In this document: positions 47,403-50,868 of the stretch, piece by piece
Numbering within the stretch: the stretch's first letter is position 1
How the letters are laid out: each line of letters begins with the position of its first letter
DNA from: Hyphochytrium catenoides
Lineage: Eukaryota > Protista > Hyphochytriomycota
Length of the DNA stretch: 50,868 nucleotides
Assembly (NCBI GenBank): GCA_900088475.1
Contig: FLMG01002948.1
Span: 1-50,868, forward strand
Direction of reading: 5' to 3'
Made by a program: the position numbers and the translations under genes
Notes under the pieces: generated by a model
What the model saw: only the letters and a program-made list of their open reading frames with translations
The model's database searches: none
Told to the model about the DNA's origin: nothing

Positions 47403-50400
47403 TTCTCTCTCTCTCTTCCTATCTTTCTCAGTTCCTCGATGCCTGCGGGAAAGACATCTACGACAGCTGCGGTCTCTACCTTGACGGCTCCATCATCGCC
47501 AATGAGACAACAGCGGTAGATCTTAGCAATGTGAAGCCTGTCTCTCTCTGTTCCAAAGAAGAGAGAATCGACTTTTTCTTCGAGTGCTACTGCCAGCTGC
47601 ACGCATCTCAGATCTATAGCAAGAGAGACTACTGCGGAGATGTCATCGAGTCGTTTTTGAAGAGAAACCTCATCCTCGTCCTCGCGCAACTGATCATTTC
47701 ATTTCTAAATGCTGTGCTTCCAAAGGCTATCAAGGTGTGACTATTTCTCTCTCCTTTTCTCTCTCTCTCCCCTACTTCCTGCCGGCGTTCTCATCTATAG
47801 ACTCCTGTCATTCTCTGTTTATGGCTCTCTCTCTTCTTCCTCTTCTTTTTTCTCTCTCTCTCTTTCCCTTTTCCCTCCTTGAAGGCCCCTTTGCCCGAAC
47901 TTCTTCTCTTCCTCTCTCCGCGTCCTCAAGCCCCCATCTTCCTTCTCTCTCTCTGTCTCTCTCCCTCTCCTCGGCAGGGCCTTGTTTCTCTCGAAGGAAA
48001 CTATACGAAGAGCAAGAATGTGGCTTCTCTCTATCGGAAAACATTCTACACGATGATCGTCAACTCCGTCCTCATCCAACTCTTTGTCAACTTTAACCTT
48101 AAAGACTCCGCTGCCCATCTCCTGTGGGTCGTGGGAAAGGTCTTTGGGGTGAGAATCGTTTTCTCACTCTCTCTCTCTCTCTTTGTCCTCTCTTTCTCTG
48201 TTGCGTCTGTCTCTCCAGTTCTCTCGTTTCCTCTCTGTCTCGCTGTGAGCGATACTCTCTCTCTTACAGAACTGGTAACAGGCTTCTGTCCCTTTCTACG
48301 TTCTTTTATCCTCCGTTCCGCTCGTACTTTGCCTCAGTCAAGGTCTCTGGCTCCTCTCTCCTCCCTCCCCTATATCACTTTCTTCTCTTTTCTCTCTCTC
48401 TCTTTCTCTCGCTCTCTCTTTCTCTCTTCCCTCTTCCCTCGGTCTCACTCGGTCTCCATCCCTGTGTATAAACAGTTGTTCAATGGCGCTTATAAGAGCT
48501 TCACAGCTTCTTGGTACCTGGAGGTTGGAACCTCTCTGATGATCGGTGAGCTCTCTTTCTTGCCCCTCAACCTTCTCCTTGACTCTTTCGCTCTCCTTCT
48601 CTCGCTCTCTACTCTCTTCCCCACTTCTTTCATCTCTCTCTCTATGTATATAGACTTCCTCTCTTAGTATCTTCTTCTCGTTATTCCATCTCTCGCTCAG
48701 TCTCCTCTCCTCTCTTTCTCACAGGTAACCGTCTCTCTCTTCGTGTCTCTCTTTCTCTCCCTCTCTCCTCTCTCTCTTATGCAGCGCACATGACCAACGG
48801 CTTCGTCTTTTCCGTGCCCGCTCTCTTCCAAACGCGGCTGAAGATGAGGAAGATAGAGTCGATCTACGTGCTGCACCGCAAGCATTCCATTGTCATCGGC
48901 AACCAAGGAGAACTCAGGGAAAAAATCAAGCCGCCAGACTTCCACTTGGCAGAAAGTAGCGCCCAGGTAGGGCATTCTCCTACCTCGCCTCTTTCTAAGG
49001 CTTTCTTTCTCTCTTTCTCTCTCTCTCTCTTTTCGTTTCCCACTCTCCTCTCTCCTCTCTCCTCTCTGTCTCTTTCTTGTATTTCTACCTCTTTTCTCTC
49101 TCTCTCTCCCTGTGTGTCCCTTCTTCTCTTCCTCTACGTCGGAGGACTCTCTCTCTCTCTCAATATCCTGCTGTCCTTGTCACCATGCCTGAGACAGTCT
49201 CCCCCCGAATCTATGCCAGTCATTAACAAACTTGTATGCTTGTTACGCTCTCTCTCTCTCTCTCTCGTCTTTCTCTCTCTCTCTCTCTCCTCTCTCCACT
49301 CTGGCTCTATCTCTCTCCATGCCGTTCTAGGTGATGGCCATGGTCTTCATGAGCCTCGTCTTCAGCAGTGGCATGCCTCTCTTTCCCTTCATCGGCTTCG
49401 TGGTGTTGGTTCTGAAGTACTGGAGCGACAAATATCTTCTTCTCAAGCACGCGAAGAGGCCGCCGCAGTTTGATGAGACGCTGGCGCTGGATATCTTAGG
49501 GACGATGCCCTACATGATCCTCCTGCATGGCCTTGTCGCCCTGGCAATGGTCTCAGAGCTGGTGAGTGAAGAGAAAGAAGAGAGAGAGAGAGTGAGAGAG
49601 AGAGAGAGGAGAGAGAGGGGGAGAGAGAGAGAGAGGGGGAGAGAGAGAGAGAGAGAAAGGAGAAATGTTAATGTGTCAGAGAGACAGAAAGTGTGGGGAT
49701 GGGGTACGGAGACCGAGACAGAAACCGAGAGAGAGAGAAAAGAGGAGGGAAGCGCTGCCGTATTAAGAGAGACAGTCACCTTGAGGGACGGGGGACCGAA
49801 AAGGAAGAGAGATAGAGAGAGGAGAGTTGGAGCAAGCAAGGCTCTTAACATACAGTTCTGCCCTTAGTTTCCATCTTTCTGACCTCTCTTTCGCGCTCCG
49901 TCGGCGTTATATCGCTCCATCGCTCCGTTTGGCACCTCGTTCTCTCTCTCTCTCTTTGTGGCTCTTTCTCTCTCTTCACGTCTTCCGTGTCTCGTTTGCT
50001 TCTCTCTCCTGTGGGGCTCTGCAGCCATCATCGAGAAGCTCGGCGCAGCTGGAGGAGCAGTACAGCTCGCTGGGCAGAGTGGTGACGCAACTCTCGACCA
50101 TCCCGACCTTTGCCCTTGTATTGCTTATTCTAGCGGTAAGCCTCGCTCTCTCCTCACTTATCTCTCTCTCGCTCTTCCTCTTTTCTCTAACGCTCCCTCC
50201 TCTCGCAAACTCTCTCTCTCTCCTCTTTTCAGCTCTCTCTCTCTCTCATTTCCCTCTTTGAATTCCAGCTATTTCCAATGGTTCAGTCTCTTCATGTCCT
50301 CCTGCTTATTTTAACCATTCAATGTCTTGCAAGGCAGACCTGTTTTCTCTCTCTCCCTGTCTTTCTCTTAGCGTACTAGACCCCGTCTCTCTCTTTCTTT

Positions 50401-50579
50401 CAATCTCACTCTTTCTTCTTCCACTCTGTCTCTCTTCTCTCTTAACCGCCAGTACGTCATCCTTCGGAGTGTGGTCGGTCCCATTCTTCAGATGTCATTC
50501 GGGGCTCTTCTGCAGCCCATCTTGGGTCTCCTCGGCCTTGGCAAGCTAAAGGCGAGAGATCTCCCTCCTTTCAGGGATG
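41543..50579 (+). CDS. OSCA/CSC1/TMEM63-like (TMEM16/TMC superfamily) membrane channel; partial, continues off the right edge
   Basis: At least 17 exons: 41543-41827, 42066-42191, 42550-42661, 43062-43201, 43499-43612, 43989-44028, 44587-gap, 45264-45435, 45912-45985, 46606-46866, 47432-47734, 47978-48139, 48476-48545, 48785-48966, 49331-49561, 50025-50135, 50453-50579. Motifs: FGVGLEAYF, SVSDYSVVVFDLP, AAFVTF, APEPSDILYENL, FTASWYLEVG, FSSGMPLFP, KYWSDKYLLLK..RPPQFD. Confidence 0.8.
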
Positions 50580-50868
50580 GTAAGAGTGATAGGAAGAGAG
50601 AAAGAACGAGGGAGAGAGACAGAAAGGGAGAGACAGAATGACCGGAGTGAAGATAGAGAAACGACCGTTTGGCTTTGGCCCTGTCTCAACCTAAAAGCTT
50701 GTCTCTCTCTCTTTCTTTTTCTATTAAATTGCCTTCTTTTCTATTTGTCCTTTCTCTTCTTCACTGCTCTAACGCCTTGCAAACTTGGCCGCTCGGCGCG
50801 CTCTCTCTCTCCCCGTGTTTCTCTCTCTCCCTGTGTTTCTCTCTCCCTGTGTTTCTCTCTCTCTCTCT

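Noticed and set aside
109-50549. The many ORF-track entries rich in SLSLSL or RERERE
   Set aside because: They are translations of intronic or intergenic (CT)n/(GA)n microsatellites or antisense frames of real exons.
1-50868. tRNA, rRNA, transposase or reverse-transcriptase sequences
   Set aside because: None recognised on either strand by eye; a covariance-model or repeat-library search was not possible.

Overview
Intron-rich genomic DNA from a flagellated microbial eukaryote, read with the standard code; there is no prokaryotic content. (GA)n/(CT)n microsatellites fill many introns, which makes most ORFs in the supplied track artefacts. I spliced the genes by hand and found nine. (1) 5' part of a CFAP43/WDR96-like WD40 axonemal protein (-). 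(2) RNA polymerase I subunit A49/PAF53 (+, 9 exons). (3) A 15-exon, about 841-aa fusion of a phospho-acceptor response-regulator receiver, a NIMA/NEK kinase, a DEP domain and DUF547 (-), the most unusual item here. (4) A large uncharacterised protein with a CH-like domain and helical repeats (-). (5) An Integrator subunit 5-like protein (+). (6) A NIP45/Esc2/Rad60-like protein with three SUMO-like domains (-). (7) An intronless DUG3/EgtC-like class II amidotransferase (+). (8) An intronless sensor-type single-domain globin with a hydrophobic C-terminal tail (+), followed by a 3 x 60-bp tandem repeat. (9) 5' part of an OSCA/TMEM63/TMC-superfamily channel (+) with a probable GC-AG intron. Family calls rest on my recall of motifs, not on database searches, so the novelty of each architecture still needs checking.
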